Below, piece after piece: positions 63,457-64,000 of a stretch of 64,000 nt of DNA; position 1 is the first letter of the stretch, and each line of letters opens with the position of its first letter. Under the pieces are notes generated by a model that saw only the letters and a list, made by a program, of their open reading frames with translations, was not told the DNA's origin and did no database searches. Position numbers and translations under genes: made by a program. Source of the DNA: an uncultured Solirubrobacterales bacterium (GTDB lineage: Bacteria > Actinomycetota > Thermoleophilia > Solirubrobacterales > 70-9); the NCBI GenBank assembly GCA_937872475.1, contig CALMSY010000025.1, positions 6,379-70,378 on the forward strand, written 5' to 3'.

Positions 63457-64000
63457 GCCCGAAGATCCCCAAGCCGAAAACGGCCGGGGGGAGCTTCGTC
63501 GAACTGGTCGTGATCGTGGCGCTGGCCCTCGGGCTTGCGCTGCTGATTCAGGCATTCCTGATCAAGCCGTACCAGATTCCGTCGGGGTCAATGGAACCGA
63601 CTCTGGACATCAACCAGCGGATCCTTGTCAACCGCTTCATTTTCCATTTCACCGACCCGAAGCCCGGTGACGTCGTCGTCTTCCATCCGCCGGCAGGCGT
63701 CGACAGTGGTGGCATCAATGAATGTGGTGCTGAGCATGAACCGGATCAGCCTTGCCCTCAGCCGACCGCTGAACATTCCAGCGAGACATTCATCAAGCGA
63801 ATCGTTGCCGGTCCTGGCGATGAACTCGCGGTGCGCAACGGCCTTCCGGTGGTGAACGGTGAAGTAGTTGAGCCAGATGGCTATGAAATCTCGCCCTGCG
63901 GCCCGGAGGGCTCAGGCTGCAACCTGCCGAACCCGATCACGATTCCTGAAGGTCACTACTTCATGATGGGCGACAACCGGGGTCACAGCGACGACAGTCG
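63453..64000 (+). CDS. lepB: Signal peptidase I, 3' end outside the window; start codon uncertain
   Basis: It has the catalytic SGSMEPTL and [10 protein letters not shown] motifs. The frame is open from 63441. The first canonical in-frame starts (GTG 63510 and 63516) fall inside the TM anchor. CTG 63453 overlaps the rplS TGA. Confidence 0.8.
   Translation, partial: MSPKIPKPKTAGGSFVELVVIVALALGLALLIQAFLIKPYQIPSGSMEPTLDINQRILVNRFIFHFTDPKPGDVVVFHPPAGVDSGGINECGAEHEPDQPCPQPTAEHSSETFIKRIVAGPGDELAVRNGLPVVNGEVVEPDGYEISPCGPEGSGCNLPNPITIPEGHYFMMGDNRGHSDDS

Noticed and set aside
62506-63555. 349-aa minus-strand ORF with SRFVGTFV repeats
   Set aside because: It is the reverse-complement shadow of trmD/rplS. 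Its repeats mirror the acidic repeat of the L19 tail.
1-64000. Mobile elements, prophage, CRISPR arrays, toxin-antitoxin or known defence systems
   Set aside because: No transposase, integrase or Cas-like translation appears in any frame. There are no regularly spaced repeat arrays. The only repeats found are the short tandem duplications described above.

Overview
This is a GC-rich, densely coding chromosomal core segment. Gene order looks actinobacterial or deep Gram-positive: murG-murC-ftsQ-ftsZ without ftsA, then fmt-rsmB-rpe-rib, then rpmF-plsX-acpP-rnc-smc-ftsY-ffh-rpsP-KH-trmD-rplS-lepB. In order, the window holds the end of the dcw cluster, a complete glycine-cleavage operon (gcvT-H-PA-PB), an acyl-CoA dehydrogenase, an HxlR regulator, trpS, scpA-scpB and two tandem paralogous lipoproteins. 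These are followed by rluB, an aromatic amino-acid cluster (aroH, aminotransferase, DAHP synthase, tyrA, aroA), a PlsC-like acyltransferase, cmk-der and metK. A minus-strand block carries a PH-domain protein, tkt, pgi and a HAD hydrolase. Next come priA-def-fmt-rsmB, a small zinc-ribbon ORF and rpe. An inserted envelope block follows (S45 acylase, flippase, GT2), then ribD-E-BA-H and rpmB-yloV-recG-rsmD-coaD. The window ends with a long yceD-to-lepB housekeeping run. Many adjacent genes are joined by 4-nt NTGA start/stop overlaps. I could not recognise any rRNA, tRNA, CRISPR array, transposase, integrase or classical defence gene. I cannot point to a clear multi-gene novel system. The most unusual items are: (1) an SMC of only about 780 aa with no recognisable hinge, sitting in the canonical locus; (2) a tandem pair of cysteine-conserved lipoproteins of unknown function splitting scpB from rluB; (3) a 245-nt ftsY-ffh spacer with a repeated 21-nt box and two long hairpins; (4) perfect tandem duplications of the 3' ends, stop codon included, of scpB and rpe; (5) a cupin gene coupled to smc that carries two in-frame stops and no frameshift; (6) an S45 acylase with a long basic C-terminal extension beside a flippase and a GT2; (7) ribosomal protein L19 with an acidic repeat tail of about 100 aa; and (8) structured leaders before trpS, rpsP and rplS. 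All calls rest on reading the translated ORFs and the DNA by eye. No database search was run.
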